Source of the DNA: a virus
Taxonomy: Duplodnaviria; Caudoviricetes
IMG/VR virus record: IMGVR_UViG_3300032305_001697
Coordinates: 1,724 to 65,723 of that record
Reading direction: 5' to 3' (one strand)
DNA length: 64,000 bases
In this document: positions 10,286-20,663 of the stretch, in pieces
Layout: each line of letters starts with the position of its first letter
Position numbering within the stretch: position 1 is the first letter of the stretch
Translations under genes and position numbers: made by a program
Notes under the pieces: model-generated
What the model saw: the letters and a program-made list of their open reading frames with translations, nothing else
The model's database searches: none
What the model was told of the DNA's origin: nothing

Positions 10286-10707
10286 TTGATATACTCATAT
10301 ATGTTTGAGTTTATTTTTCTCATTACTTCAGAGTCACTAAACGCTTTGCCAATAGCAATCCTAAATCTATATCTAGTGAATACATCTAATGTCTCAACAC
10401 CTTCAGTATCTTCTATAATATCAACAATATTATTTGTTATGGTAAAATTAGAATGACCGGTCCAGAAATTAAAAATTTTACCAGATGCGGTAAATTCATT
10501 ATATGGAATAGCTCCCATAGGAGTTATTAATATTTTACATTTGACTTCTTTACTATTTGTACTTATAGTACTATCGTCTTCTTCGTATGGATTATATATT
10601 TCTTCATCGTCTGGTTGTTCAGTAATTGAAGGGTGGTCCTGCTCATCTTCATCACTACCAAAAGGATCTCTCCATTTTTCCCATACGATAGTATATGATT
10701 TTTTCAT
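10282..10707 (-). CDS. Hypothetical protein
   Basis: WEKW.DP and FNFWTGHSNF...GVETLDVFTRYRFRIAIGK; overlapping start/stop with neighbours. Confidence 0.6.
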   Translation of the reverse strand: MKKSYTIVWEKWRDPFGSDEDEQDHPSITEQPDDEEIYNPYEEDDSTISTNSKEVKCKILITPMGAIPYNEFTASGKIFNFWTGHSNFTITNNIVDIIEDTEGVETLDVFTRYRFRIAIGKAFSDSEVMRKINSNIYEYIK

Positions 10708-11093
10708 TTTGATATGTGTTTAGTAAATACTTCTGTAGGATAGATGAAAGCTTTTTCAAATTTTGGTTTTCTTTTTTGTTTTTCTATAATAGACCAAAAA
10801 GTAACAATATTGTCAATTAATAAATTATTATTTTCTTTTTTTATCTGGTTTATCAAAATATCTAATATTTGTTTTTTTAATTTGCCACTATTGAGTATAT
10901 GAAAAAACTCCGCACATTTTTCAGAATACTCTACCATATCATGATCTATTGCTTTGTTGTCATCGTCGATAAAAACAGACACATCTATTCCTGAGTTTTT
11001 ATTAAGAGAAATAATAACATCTATAATAGATTCGTCTTTTTTAGATTCTGTTTTCTTTTTTGAATATAGAAAATTTTTAATATAATTAATCAT
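10704..11093 (-). CDS. Hypothetical protein
   Basis: Coupled ORF in an operon. Confidence 0.5.
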   Translation of the reverse strand: MINYIKNFLYSKKKTESKKDESIIDVIISLNKNSGIDVSVFIDDDNKAIDHDMVEYSEKCAEFFHILNSGKLKKQILDILINQIKKENNNLLIDNIVTFWSIIEKQKRKPKFEKAFIYPTEVFTKHISK

Positions 11094-11515
11094 AGTATGC
11101 TTTTTTGTACTGTTGTGTCAATGAGAGCAAAAATTGGATTATCTATTTTTTCGTCTAAAGTATAGTCAAACTTTGTCCAAAATAATTTAGATGTTGACTT
11201 TTTATTAGTTATAACCCCACAGAGTAAAAACAAATCATTATCAAGATCAAAAATATTATTGTCTATTTTCTTCACATATTCAAGGAGTATATCATTTTGA
11301 ATATCTATATATGATATAATAACTTCTTCAATAAATTTGACTATACCAGTATCAAACATATTTTTAACATTATATTTGATTTCATTAATCATCACTCTAG
11401 GAGTTGATATTTCTGAATAAGGTAATACGATATTATTTTTATCTGTTGATAATATATAGTTTTCGTTTTTATTTATATCACTACTTATTATATTAAAAAA
11501 TGCATATAGTTTCAT
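11090..11515 (-). CDS. Hypothetical protein
   Basis: Coupled ORF in an operon. Confidence 0.5.
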   Translation of the reverse strand: MKLYAFFNIISSDINKNENYILSTDKNNIVLPYSEISTPRVMINEIKYNVKNMFDTGIVKFIEEVIISYIDIQNDILLEYVKKIDNNIFDLDNDLFLLCGVITNKKSTSKLFWTKFDYTLDEKIDNPIFALIDTTVQKSIL

Positions 11516-12150
11516 ATTAATTCTCTTATCTTTTTAATTGAAGATTTAATGCTTTGTCTGATAGCCTCTCTTGTAACATCGTATTTTTCTCCAATTTTTT
11601 CTAGAGTATAGTTCTCTAAAAAGTATAACTTAATATGGTCTTTTTGTTTATCTGTGAGAATATCAGAATTAAGAAGCTCGTTAACAAGACCACATGTGGT
11701 ATTATTTTCTTCTTCTTTTATAAGAATATCAATAGGATCCTTTTGTTTTTGATCAGAAATAAGCTCTGTCAATAAAGCATCTTCGTCAGATAAACTAAAA
11801 GAGGACATAGAAAATGATCTCTTTTTACTTTTACTTAGTTTATATTTTTTAGTGATATATGTTTTAATAGCCCAAATAGCACATTGATTTCTATAAGAAT
11901 ACAATGTCTTATTTTGCTTTTTTTCATCACTCTTTTCCCATCTCCAATCACCCATCATTATAGCATTAGCAACGAACGATACAGCATCTTCATTCTTTAA
12001 CATTTCTTTGGATAGTCCAGAAAAAAATGTTGGTGCTAATTTTGCTATAATCTTTTGAGATAAATTCAAATAAAAATCTAGAGATTCAAATTGAATATCT
12101 GAATGATCTTTATATTTAATCTTTTGTTTACCAATTGATGGTATAATCAT
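11512..12150 (-). CDS. Phage sigma70-family RNA polymerase sigma factor
   Basis: Region 4 HTH LTDKQK...YTLEKIGEKYDVTREAIRQ; divergent region 2 (YRNQCAIWAI). Confidence 0.8.
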   Translation of the reverse strand: MIIPSIGKQKIKYKDHSDIQFESLDFYLNLSQKIIAKLAPTFFSGLSKEMLKNEDAVSFVANAIMMGDWRWEKSDEKKQNKTLYSYRNQCAIWAIKTYITKKYKLSKSKKRSFSMSSFSLSDEDALLTELISDQKQKDPIDILIKEEENNTTCGLVNELLNSDILTDKQKDHIKLYFLENYTLEKIGEKYDVTREAIRQSIKSSIKKIRELI

Positions 12151-12203
12151 ACTTTTTTGTCCTTTTTAAATGATGTCCTAAAAATCTTTTATTAACCGTT
12201 AAA

Positions 12204-12686
12204 TCAGTCTGTCAGTTTTTTCCACTGTTTTGGATCTGGTCTGTCTTTATCTCCAGGTTTTGCTGGACGATATTTCTTACCTTCTTTTTCTTTTTTCTTT
12301 CGAATATTTTCCCATAAACCAGGTAGATTCTTTGCTGCCTCCGCTCCTTCAGTATCGGTTTCAGTTTCTCCGAACATGAGGAAATTGTGGATAGTAAGCA
12401 TATAATCTTCTGTTACTGCGATTTTACCCTGTAGCCAACTTTCTGTCAAGCCTTCTTTGACTGATGGATTTTCTAACGCATCTACTATTGCTTGTGCATG
12501 TTTAGCAATTGACATTATTGAGCCTAAACTCATTTGATAAAAATCATATTTATATTCCATAAGTTCCATTTCTGGAGATTCTACTTCCATATCTTCAACT
12601 TTAGTAAAATCACCGTCTTCGGCTTTCAATATTTTCTTACTAACTGTTTCATTAACAGAATTTAAAATATCATTAATACGATCCAT
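12204..12686 (-). CDS. Hypothetical protein with an acidic body and a basic tail
   Basis: ESWLQGKI motif; GLWENIRKKK...RPAKPGDKDRP tail. Confidence 0.6.
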   Translation of the reverse strand: MDRINDILNSVNETVSKKILKAEDGDFTKVEDMEVESPEMELMEYKYDFYQMSLGSIMSIAKHAQAIVDALENPSVKEGLTESWLQGKIAVTEDYMLTIHNFLMFGETETDTEGAEAAKNLPGLWENIRKKKEKEGKKYRPAKPGDKDRPDPKQWKKLTD

Positions 12687-12716
12687 ATTGCACCTCTATA
12701 TGATGTTAATAAATAT

Positions 12717-13226
12717 TTACCATGATTTACATGCCCAATATCTTGCTTTCCATTTTGGGCCAGGAGTTTCACATCTCATTCTTGCTCTAAAACTTTTTCG
12801 TCTAGCAGGAATATCTTTTTTAATTTCCATATTAGGATCACCAAAGTTAACCTTAACTACATTTCCACTTTCATTTTTTACATAAACACTAAACTTTTTA
12901 GGACCATCTGGGGTTCTAAATGGTTTATTTAATGTTACTTTGCGACCATTTTTTTCTGCTGCTATGACTTTACCATCTTCATCATATATCTCCTGTGCTT
13001 CAATTTCCCAAATAAACTCATCCCATTCATCATCCCAAGAACAATTTTTAGCAAATAATTCATCATGAACTTCTTCAATTAAATTACCTTTTGTTCTTGT
13101 TTGACCTAAACATATGGCAACTCTTTGTTTAGAATCTGGATAATCCTTCTTCATTACTTCGCTACTCATGCAGCGACTAACAAATTTTTCTTTATTTTCA
13201 TTTGATTTTTTTGATGGTATTGGCAT
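12717..13226 (-). CDS. Conserved large-phage protein (DUF6321-like C-terminus)
   Basis: LNKPFRTPDGPKKFSVYVKN...VNFGDPNM...RRKSFRARMRC...ARYWAC. Confidence 0.65.
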   Translation of the reverse strand: MPIPSKKSNENKEKFVSRCMSSEVMKKDYPDSKQRVAICLGQTRTKGNLIEEVHDELFAKNCSWDDEWDEFIWEIEAQEIYDEDGKVIAAEKNGRKVTLNKPFRTPDGPKKFSVYVKNESGNVVKVNFGDPNMEIKKDIPARRKSFRARMRCETPGPKWKARYWACKSW

Positions 13227-13228
13227 AA

Positions 13229-14311
13229 TTAATTTCCATAGAGATCATTATAAATAATATTAGCTGTATTTGTCCAAGTATATTGTTTGGCCGTATTAAA
13301 TCCGTTTATGTTATCTTTGATATTATTATTATACACGAACCTCATATGTTCAACCAATTGTTCTATCTGTCTATCTCCAAGATCGGCCCATTTTCCATAA
13401 CCATCAAAAAACTTATCATCCTGTGCTTCTGTTAAGTTATCAATATCTACTAAATAAGAATTATCTTTAGTTGCATATTCTGTATGAGCAGAGTAATTAG
13501 TTAGAATAACAGGCTTGTTCATAGCCATAACTTCCATAACTTCATTATTCCATCCTTCTGCTCTTGCTGGAAAAACAGCACAATCCGATAACGAAATAAT
13601 ACCAGCTAAATCTGAATGATTAGGTAGTCTCGGTAGGATTCTAATCTTTTTACCAAGCTTACTATTTAGATACATCTTAGCCCATTTTTCATTGTCTTCT
13701 TGAGATAAGAAAGGATTATGATTAACCATCCACAACTCAACGTCATCAGCTTCTGTAAACGCATTATTAAATGCTTCTAATAAAATATCATGTCCTTTTC
13801 TAAGTTCCCATTTTCCAATATTAATAAATACGTAGCTATTATTCTCTTTTTTCATAGGTGGTTTGGCATGAATATTGAATATATTATGATTAACCCCTAA
13901 AGGAGAAATGATAATATTTGTTGTGACACCATTGTTTAATAGTATATCTTTTGCCCATTTTGAAGCAACAAAGACAGTATCTGTACAATTAATCATGTGT
14001 GTCTCTAATGGTTTCAACCTATCAATTTCAAAGAATGTAAGGGCTCCATATTTACCTTTACCAATCCTAGTAGCTAAATCATATTGATGCCATATTTTCA
14101 GATATGGTGAATTTGGATCATAATTAATTATTTTATTAGTATCTTCTACAATAGATTTTTTATCGTCTTCACTATCTAACGATACTGAACCACCTATTGG
14201 AAATAGTGTTATATCAAGTTTAGGTCTAAGTTCTTTATAAATATTTAGTGAGGTTATACCGTACCCTGTTAATCCAAGCGGACAATTTAAATTAAGTTTT
14301 TGCATTTTCAT
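13229..14311 (-). CDS. GT-B (family 4) glycosyltransferase
   Basis: GKWELRKGHDILLEAF; FPARAEGWNNEVMEVMAMNKPVI (ExF/W-x-E motif). Confidence 0.9.
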   Translation of the reverse strand: MKMQKLNLNCPLGLTGYGITSLNIYKELRPKLDITLFPIGGSVSLDSEDDKKSIVEDTNKIINYDPNSPYLKIWHQYDLATRIGKGKYGALTFFEIDRLKPLETHMINCTDTVFVASKWAKDILLNNGVTTNIIISPLGVNHNIFNIHAKPPMKKENNSYVFINIGKWELRKGHDILLEAFNNAFTEADDVELWMVNHNPFLSQEDNEKWAKMYLNSKLGKKIRILPRLPNHSDLAGIISLSDCAVFPARAEGWNNEVMEVMAMNKPVILTNYSAHTEYATKDNSYLVDIDNLTEAQDDKFFDGYGKWADLGDRQIEQLVEHMRFVYNNNIKDNINGFNTAKQYTWTNTANIIYNDLYGN

Positions 14312-15428
14312 AAATCCTATTGTGTGTGTCGTTTACTAAAATAAATGTTGTTTTTTTACCGAAGTCTTTAATTTTATCGGCCCCAATATATGTGCAAGCA
14401 CTACGAAGTCCTCCACAAATATCTGATATAATATATTCTGCTGGGCCTTTATATGCAACGGTAACTGATTTACCTTCTGCTGTTCTATATTTTGCTACTC
14501 CATTATGATGTTTATTCATAGCGTCTAATGAACTCATTCCATAATATTTTAAAGAAATTTTTCTTTTTATGTTATCGTTTTCTGGATCTACAGGTTGCCA
14601 AAAACCAGGAGAGCAAGATCCTGCTTCAACTAAATATTCATATTTCCATTCTCCTTCACACTCATCTGTACCAGCAAATATGCTGCCTAGCATAACAAAA
14701 TCAGCATTTCCACCAAATGCTTTGCAAATATCTCCCACTACTTTACAGCCTCCATCAGAGCAAACGTGTCCACCAAGACCATGAGCAGCGTCTGTACATT
14801 CCATCACAGCACTTAATTGAGGGTATCCCACGCCAGTTTTTAAACGGGTGGTACATACACTACCCGAACCTATACCAACCTTGACTATATCGACCTTGCC
14901 ATGAATTATTAATTCTTCTGTCATTTCTGGAGTGACCACGTTTCCAGCCATAATGATAATTTCTTCATATAGTTTACGAATATTACTTATTATTTTTACA
15001 AATTGTTCTGTATATCCATTTGCAACATCGATACAAATATTAGGCAATGGATAATTAAATTTTCTTATTTGATTAAATACTTCTGTTAATTTCTCTAAGT
15101 CCTTTTGTCCAGTCCCAACAGAATAGAAAACTAAATCTTTGTTAACAATACTAGGGTCGGTATAAAAAGCAACATATTCATTTATCTTATAGTGCTTATG
15201 TAAGCAGGTTATGGTCTGATGTTTACATAGAGACTCAGCCATATTAAATGTTCCAACAGTATCCATATTAGCAACCATAATAGGAACACATAATAGTTCT
15301 CTTGTAGAATACTTAAAAGAAAAATTCCTATTCAAACATACTTCTGATCGACTATTAAGTGTTGATCTTTTTGGGCGAATAAGAACATCATCAAAATCTA
15401 GTTTAATTTCATTAATTATTTTTTGCAT
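14292..15428 (-). CDS. guaC: GMP reductase
   Basis: LDFDDVLIRPKRSTL, ANMDTVG, IDVANGY, KVGIGSGSVCTTR, GGLRSACTYIGA. Confidence 0.95.
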   Translation of the reverse strand: MQKIINEIKLDFDDVLIRPKRSTLNSRSEVCLNRNFSFKYSTRELLCVPIMVANMDTVGTFNMAESLCKHQTITCLHKHYKINEYVAFYTDPSIVNKDLVFYSVGTGQKDLEKLTEVFNQIRKFNYPLPNICIDVANGYTEQFVKIISNIRKLYEEIIIMAGNVVTPEMTEELIIHGKVDIVKVGIGSGSVCTTRLKTGVGYPQLSAVMECTDAAHGLGGHVCSDGGCKVVGDICKAFGGNADFVMLGSIFAGTDECEGEWKYEYLVEAGSCSPGFWQPVDPENDNIKRKISLKYYGMSSLDAMNKHHNGVAKYRTAEGKSVTVAYKGPAEYIISDICGGLRSACTYIGADKIKDFGKKTTFILVNDTHNRIYENAKT

Positions 15429-15430
15429 AT

Positions 15431-16114
15431 TTAAATTTTATATCCATGTACTAATGTAGCTGATACGTTACCACCAACAAAATTATTTCCTACCATATGT
15501 GCTCTGATATCAGATATTTCTTCCCAGTGACCATAAGTTAAATTACTATATCTTGCTACTAACGTAAGAATCAAATCCATATAATAGTGTTCGGGAAATA
15601 AATCATATAATTTTTTAAACATATTAAATTTATCTATGTCGCTAGATATGGTATTAAAAAAATTAGTTGTAAATATTGTTCCTCCACATCCAGTATGATA
15701 TCTGTAATCAGAGATATTAAAATAGTCCCAAAGTATTTGTTCTTTTGGGCCACATTCAATAAATACTCCAGACAAATCATATTTTGGCTCAATGGTTATT
15801 TGTCTGTTTGTTAAGACATCTGTTTCTAAATATAAGGTGTGAGTAAAATTAGAATTTAATCCATATCTAAATAATACATCAATATATTTTAATCCAAACC
15901 CACCTCTGCCACAATGAGTTCTTCTATGCCATAGATCTTCTTCGTCAATAAACTCTATGATATTTTTATTATGATCTAAAAATTTTTTTGGTGATTCTCC
16001 ACCAGAATTTATAACAGATATTGGGATATCTGGATTATGTTTTGAAAAATTATCTAATGTGAATTTAGCTCGATCGAAATCGTTACACATGAACAACAAT
16101 GCTTGTATTTTCAT
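15431..16114 (-). CDS. Putative GT-A glycosyltransferase
   Basis: LETD metal motif, GCGGTIF, terminal VHGYK; paralog of 17769..18461. Confidence 0.6.
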   Translation of the reverse strand: MKIQALLFMCNDFDRAKFTLDNFSKHNPDIPISVINSGGESPKKFLDHNKNIIEFIDEEDLWHRRTHCGRGGFGLKYIDVLFRYGLNSNFTHTLYLETDVLTNRQITIEPKYDLSGVFIECGPKEQILWDYFNISDYRYHTGCGGTIFTTNFFNTISSDIDKFNMFKKLYDLFPEHYYMDLILTLVARYSNLTYGHWEEISDIRAHMVGNNFVGGNVSATLVHGYKI

Positions 16115-16719
16115 TTTTTTGTGCCAATAAAAAACCCATTACCATAAGGATATGTTGATGTCCATTTATCTTTAACTGACCCAAGACTATATGAAAAGTT
16201 GCTTATGTTTATACCGTTTTGATTAAATAGATTAATCCACCATTCTTCGTCCTTCTTTGTTACATGGGTGATATCTACTTCATATTCTCTTATCCTAAAC
16301 ATATTGTTATCGCCAAGAGGTATTACAAAAAAGAAATCCTTAGCTTTATTAGTAAAAGTTTTTAATAGATCTGGTAGAGTTTCTTCTGGTACATGTTCTA
16401 ATATATCTTTTGCTATTAATAGATCATAATTTTTATCATTAGGTAATGAGATATATGGCTTAACTGATGGATGACAATTATTTATAGCGTATTCACTAAT
16501 ATCTTCCCCATAAGCATCCGCCCCAAGTATTCTAAGAGCATGTACTAAAAATCCTTTTGCACACCCATAATCAACACACGTCTTGAATGTGAAATTATTT
16601 TTAATATCTATAGCTTCTGGGATTGATCTGGTTGGCATCCATTTATATTCTTGATATCCAGATAAATGTTGTCTAACGCCATCTTCATAGTAATCTTTAT
16701 TAAATTTATGCGAATTCAT
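16111..16719 (-). CDS. Class I SAM-dependent methyltransferase
   Basis: VDYGCAKGFLV, GEDISEYA, DILEHV. Confidence 0.85.
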   Translation of the reverse strand: MNSHKFNKDYYEDGVRQHLSGYQEYKWMPTRSIPEAIDIKNNFTFKTCVDYGCAKGFLVHALRILGADAYGEDISEYAINNCHPSVKPYISLPNDKNYDLLIAKDILEHVPEETLPDLLKTFTNKAKDFFFVIPLGDNNMFRIREYEVDITHVTKKDEEWWINLFNQNGINISNFSYSLGSVKDKWTSTYPYGNGFFIGTKK

Positions 16720-17794
16720 TATGTGCTGTCTCCGTTAATATATCGTCTATTAATTCGTTTTGCATAGCGTATTTACAATAATGGCAAGCATGATGCCTGA
16801 CCTGTCCTGGTTTACTATAAAATTCCTCTATATGATCAATATCGCAAACCATAAACTGTGATTCGGGAACATAGTTGTAATTATTTTCTAAAGAAAGTTC
16901 CGCAGATGGACAGGCATAGATATATCCGTCAGTAAACAAGAATGGTTTTACTAAATGCATATAACAGTGATCATTTCTTCTTTCGCCTTTAAAATTAAAA
17001 TCAGATAAAAAAGCATACTTAAGTTGTGTATTATTTGTTAATTCATAATCATTAATAGCTTTTCTAATAGAGACAATATCTTTTTTAGTTTCTTCAACAT
17101 TTTTGATAGCATTAAATGCTATTCTACAAGGTATTTTATTATTTTCTACCCAGTCAAGCATTTTATAAAATTTATCGGGTGTTTGAAAATTAGTTGCTAG
17201 TTTTTTCTTACTAAGATCAGTCCACAATCCTGTTATATTTGGATTGTCTGAAGTGGCAAGGTTTTCATCCCAAACATATGCTGCTGAAGGTTTGGTTTCT
17301 ATCCCATCAAAAACGCTCAGATCATATTCATATCCTTCATAAAATCCATACATACCAAGTCTAATCCAAGAAAATAATTTAACAAGATCTTGTTTGATGG
17401 GTCTGTCTTTACCAATCCTTGCTCCATTGGTACAAAGCCCTATCTTAAATCCGAGACTATGTGTATATCTTATTATTTCCTCAAAATCAGGATGTATGGT
17501 TGGTTCACCACCACCGGTGTATTCTACTCCAGTAACTCCTATTTTTTTAAAAGCATCAAGTGCTTTTTTGATTCTGTCTAGAGGAAGCCTATCTTTCATG
17601 TCTCTATTTGCAAAACAACAAAAACTACAAGTCAAATTGCAGGCATTAATAATAGAGATATGGGCCATCACAGGCGATGGCTTGCCTCCGTCTTGCAAGA
17701 CTTGAAGTTTATCCAGATGTTTAAGTAATTTGGTGGTATTGCTTGTGAAGCTTTTTCCTTCAATTTTTTCAGACATAGTGTTCTTTCCAGCCAT
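16706..17794 (-). CDS. Radical SAM protein with a SPASM/twitch-like C-terminus
   Basis: CNLTCSFC, GGGEPT, TNG; HCY...DGYIYAC...CHYC. Confidence 0.9.
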   Translation of the reverse strand: MAGKNTMSEKIEGKSFTSNTTKLLKHLDKLQVLQDGGKPSPVMAHISIINACNLTCSFCCFANRDMKDRLPLDRIKKALDAFKKIGVTGVEYTGGGEPTIHPDFEEIIRYTHSLGFKIGLCTNGARIGKDRPIKQDLVKLFSWIRLGMYGFYEGYEYDLSVFDGIETKPSAAYVWDENLATSDNPNITGLWTDLSKKKLATNFQTPDKFYKMLDWVENNKIPCRIAFNAIKNVEETKKDIVSIRKAINDYELTNNTQLKYAFLSDFNFKGERRNDHCYMHLVKPFLFTDGYIYACPSAELSLENNYNYVPESQFMVCDIDHIEEFYSKPGQVRHHACHYCKYAMQNELIDDILTETAHNEFA

Positions 17795-18461
17795 GAATCA
17801 TTGGCTTATTAGTATTGTTTTTATCTTCAGTTAACCACTCAGCATCTAGATATTTATAACTTCTTTTATTAAAATGATAAGTTATATTAGCATCAACAGC
17901 ACCAAGTTTATAATAACTATCAAAATTATTATTAATTAGATAATCATGATTATTTTTTATATCTACAATAACATCATTATAGATATCTTTAAATATTTGA
18001 CTATTATATACGCTTCCCCCACACATGCCATAATAATCATTATCTATTTGTCCATAATCAAATATATCTTTTGACATTTGTTTTGTAAATAAATTTGTTT
18101 GATGTCTTGATACGCCCTTTAGCGAAAAATCTTCATTAATTTCAAAAGAATTAATAGTGTACACATCGTCCTCAAGAATAATTGTATAGTCCGATTTAGA
18201 AATATCACAAACCATTTTTTGCCTATCCCACCACTCTATCATTCTTTCTGACGAATATACATTTATGGGTCCAGACTGAAATAAATTATTCATATAATAG
18301 TATTCAGTATTATATTTTTTAGCTAAATCGCTAAAATCATCTCCTCCATCAGATATAAGACAAACTAAAGAATCTGGAAAAAATTTTTTAAAATTGGATA
18401 ACACAAATTCTGTTGCTTTTTTATTTTTATAACAAGCATAGTAGGCTGATAATTTAGGCAT
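17769..18461 (-). CDS. Putative GT-A glycosyltransferase
   Basis: ISDGG, LEDD motif, GMCGGSVY, IHGWK. Confidence 0.65.
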   Translation of the reverse strand: MPKLSAYYACYKNKKATEFVLSNFKKFFPDSLVCLISDGGDDFSDLAKKYNTEYYYMNNLFQSGPINVYSSERMIEWWDRQKMVCDISKSDYTIILEDDVYTINSFEINEDFSLKGVSRHQTNLFTKQMSKDIFDYGQIDNDYYGMCGGSVYNSQIFKDIYNDVIVDIKNNHDYLINNNFDSYYKLGAVDANITYHFNKRSYKYLDAEWLTEDKNNTNKPMIHGWKEHYV

Positions 18462-19380
18462 TTATCAAATCCACATATTTTTTAATAATATTAGCCCAAT
18501 CAAATGAGTTTCCATATTTTATAATATCTTCTCTATATCTCTCTGATAGGCTAGAAATTCTATTTATTTCATTATTAATAAAATCTATATCATCTAATTT
18601 GTCTTCTGGAATAACACTGATCCAAGGTTTTGATGTATCAAGTGATTGGGCTGATGGTTTCGATATTACGAGTCCTAGACCACTACACAATGCTTCAAGA
18701 CATACTAATGGTTGTAGTTCTGAACTGCTCAATAATACTAATGCATTAAATTTGCATAAATTATCAGCAACTTGTTCGTGAGTCCATGATCCTAAATATT
18801 TAGAATTAGAATAGTTAAAAGTAGGATCTTCAGCATTACCAGCAAAATAACAATCTATACCAAGTTTTTGATAATATGATTGTTTTTTTCTAGTATTTAT
18901 TTGACCTAGATAGACAGCTCCATCTCTTATCTTAGAATTTTTAAATATTTGTGAATCAACACCATTAGGAACAATTATAATAGTTTTCCAAATATTATAT
19001 GATTCATAAAAAGTCTTTTCTTCATCTGTTAATAAGTATAATTCGCAGTCTCTAAAATAATTTGTAAATACATGATCATAAAATTCCTTATGAAAAATAA
19101 ACGCACCGCCATGATTTGTAACTATTTTTTTACATCCATACATAAGAGACATGGCTTCCCAATGTTTTCCTATATGATTATGTACTAAATCTGGTTTAAA
19201 TCTTCTCCAGTCCTCTAAAACTTTTGATGAATCTTGATGATTAGATATTAATACCTCGTATCCTAGTTTAATCAACTGCTGGCTATAATTCCAGACTACT
19301 CTTTCTAAAGCACCCCATCCATTGATCGGAGGAACAGGAATAGCACCGTCACTGATTAACATTATTTTCTTGATATTCAT
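18454..19380 (-). CDS. GT-B (family 4) glycosyltransferase
   Basis: PVPP.GWGALE, VPNGVD, RKKQ, ELQPLVCLEALCSG. Confidence 0.85.
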   Translation of the reverse strand: MNIKKIMLISDGAIPVPPINGWGALERVVWNYSQQLIKLGYEVLISNHQDSSKVLEDWRRFKPDLVHNHIGKHWEAMSLMYGCKKIVTNHGGAFIFHKEFYDHVFTNYFRDCELYLLTDEEKTFYESYNIWKTIIIVPNGVDSQIFKNSKIRDGAVYLGQINTRKKQSYYQKLGIDCYFAGNAEDPTFNYSNSKYLGSWTHEQVADNLCKFNALVLLSSSELQPLVCLEALCSGLGLVISKPSAQSLDTSKPWISVIPEDKLDDIDFINNEINRISSLSERYREDIIKYGNSFDWANIIKKYVDLINA

Positions 19381-20132
19381 TTGTGTATAAAGTAAACGTC
19401 CTCTCTATCGTTCTGATATTTCTTAAATTCACTAGTGAATGGATATCCTACTAATTGAGTTTTATTAGACAATAAACATCTAAACACATATTGCCCAATC
19501 CACATATCAGCATTGAACTGAGGATTATTCATTTGTAATCTAACTAGACAAAATTTATCTAAACAATCCATCATATCATCATATTTTGCACCAATAACAC
19601 CCATATTCAATAAATCCAGTGTCCCAGTATCATTATGATTTTTAAACCATTCTAAATTAGACCATTTAAAATATTCGTGTACTTTTAGATAACCAAAGTC
19701 TCTGGTTGAAATAGAATCTTTGCATATAAAATAATTAACTTCTGGATTATCTTCTATTATTTGTTTTGGGTGTTTAACAATTCTAACATCAGAACAATCG
19801 GTTAAAAAAATATTTGAATATTTATGGTCTATTAAATAGTTTCTATAGCAAAAAAATCTCCAATCGTTATTGGAAAAGTTTGAAGGTTCTACTCTAATAA
19901 AATGTATTCTGTCTGTAGAATATTTTGATATAAATTCATCAGATAAATTATCGTAAAAAATTCTTGCGTCTAAATCTAGATTTTGTAAAGACTCGTACCA
20001 GACTTTTATATAATCAAAACTATTTTGCCAGACTCTTCCATCTGTGTCTCTACCAATAACACAATTGTCGTTTGGATCATTAGGGTGCTTCTTCTGAGAA
20101 AAGTATGAAGTAAAAATAATTGTATTAGACAT
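19377..20132 (-). CDS. Putative GT-A-fold protein
   Basis: RFFCY, FLTDCSDV (DxxD), LNMGVIG, terminal FIHK. Confidence 0.55.
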   Translation of the reverse strand: MSNTIIFTSYFSQKKHPNDPNDNCVIGRDTDGRVWQNSFDYIKVWYESLQNLDLDARIFYDNLSDEFISKYSTDRIHFIRVEPSNFSNNDWRFFCYRNYLIDHKYSNIFLTDCSDVRIVKHPKQIIEDNPEVNYFICKDSISTRDFGYLKVHEYFKWSNLEWFKNHNDTGTLDLLNMGVIGAKYDDMMDCLDKFCLVRLQMNNPQFNADMWIGQYVFRCLLSNKTQLVGYPFTSEFKKYQNDREDVYFIHK

Positions 20133-20655
20133 TAAAAAAGTACCATCTCTTATGATCGTTTATAATTTCTGAAAAATTAATATGACTCAAATAATTTTTG
20201 ATCTCATTCCATGATGAAAAAATCATTTCGTGAGGAATTGTTCCAAATAACCAGTCTGGAGCATTTTGTTTTCCTTGAACCATATGAATTATGATAGGTT
20301 TTTTCTGTCTATTAGCAAGAAAAATTTCTTCTAGTGTTCCACAAGGATGAGTATCTAAATCAAGATTGACAACTAAAAAATCACTGATGTCTACTAATCG
20401 TAAATCTACTGATCTTATAACTTTCATTAGTTTAGATAATTCATCATAGTTCTGTTCGTTCTTCAGTTTTTGTTTTAGTTGATGAGTAGTAAAATCCTCC
20501 ATACCTATAACAGAAGGTTTTTTAATTGGATTAAAAACCACAACACCAAGATCTTGAAGAAATGGAGTTATATTATCTCTCCATCCAGTACCTCTGTCTG
20601 CTACTCTATCCATAGCACCAGCGAGATATACTCTTTGATTATTTAATCTATTCAT
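20125..20655 (-). CDS. Nucleoside 2-deoxyribosyltransferase-like protein
   Basis: VYLAGAM, WR, FNP, DL..VD.SD, GTLEE...A...KPII. Confidence 0.8.
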   Translation of the reverse strand: MNRLNNQRVYLAGAMDRVADRGTGWRDNITPFLQDLGVVVFNPIKKPSVIGMEDFTTHQLKQKLKNEQNYDELSKLMKVIRSVDLRLVDISDFLVVNLDLDTHPCGTLEEIFLANRQKKPIIIHMVQGKQNAPDWLFGTIPHEMIFSSWNEIKNYLSHINFSEIINDHKRWYFFNV

Positions 20656-20663
20656 AGTAAAAG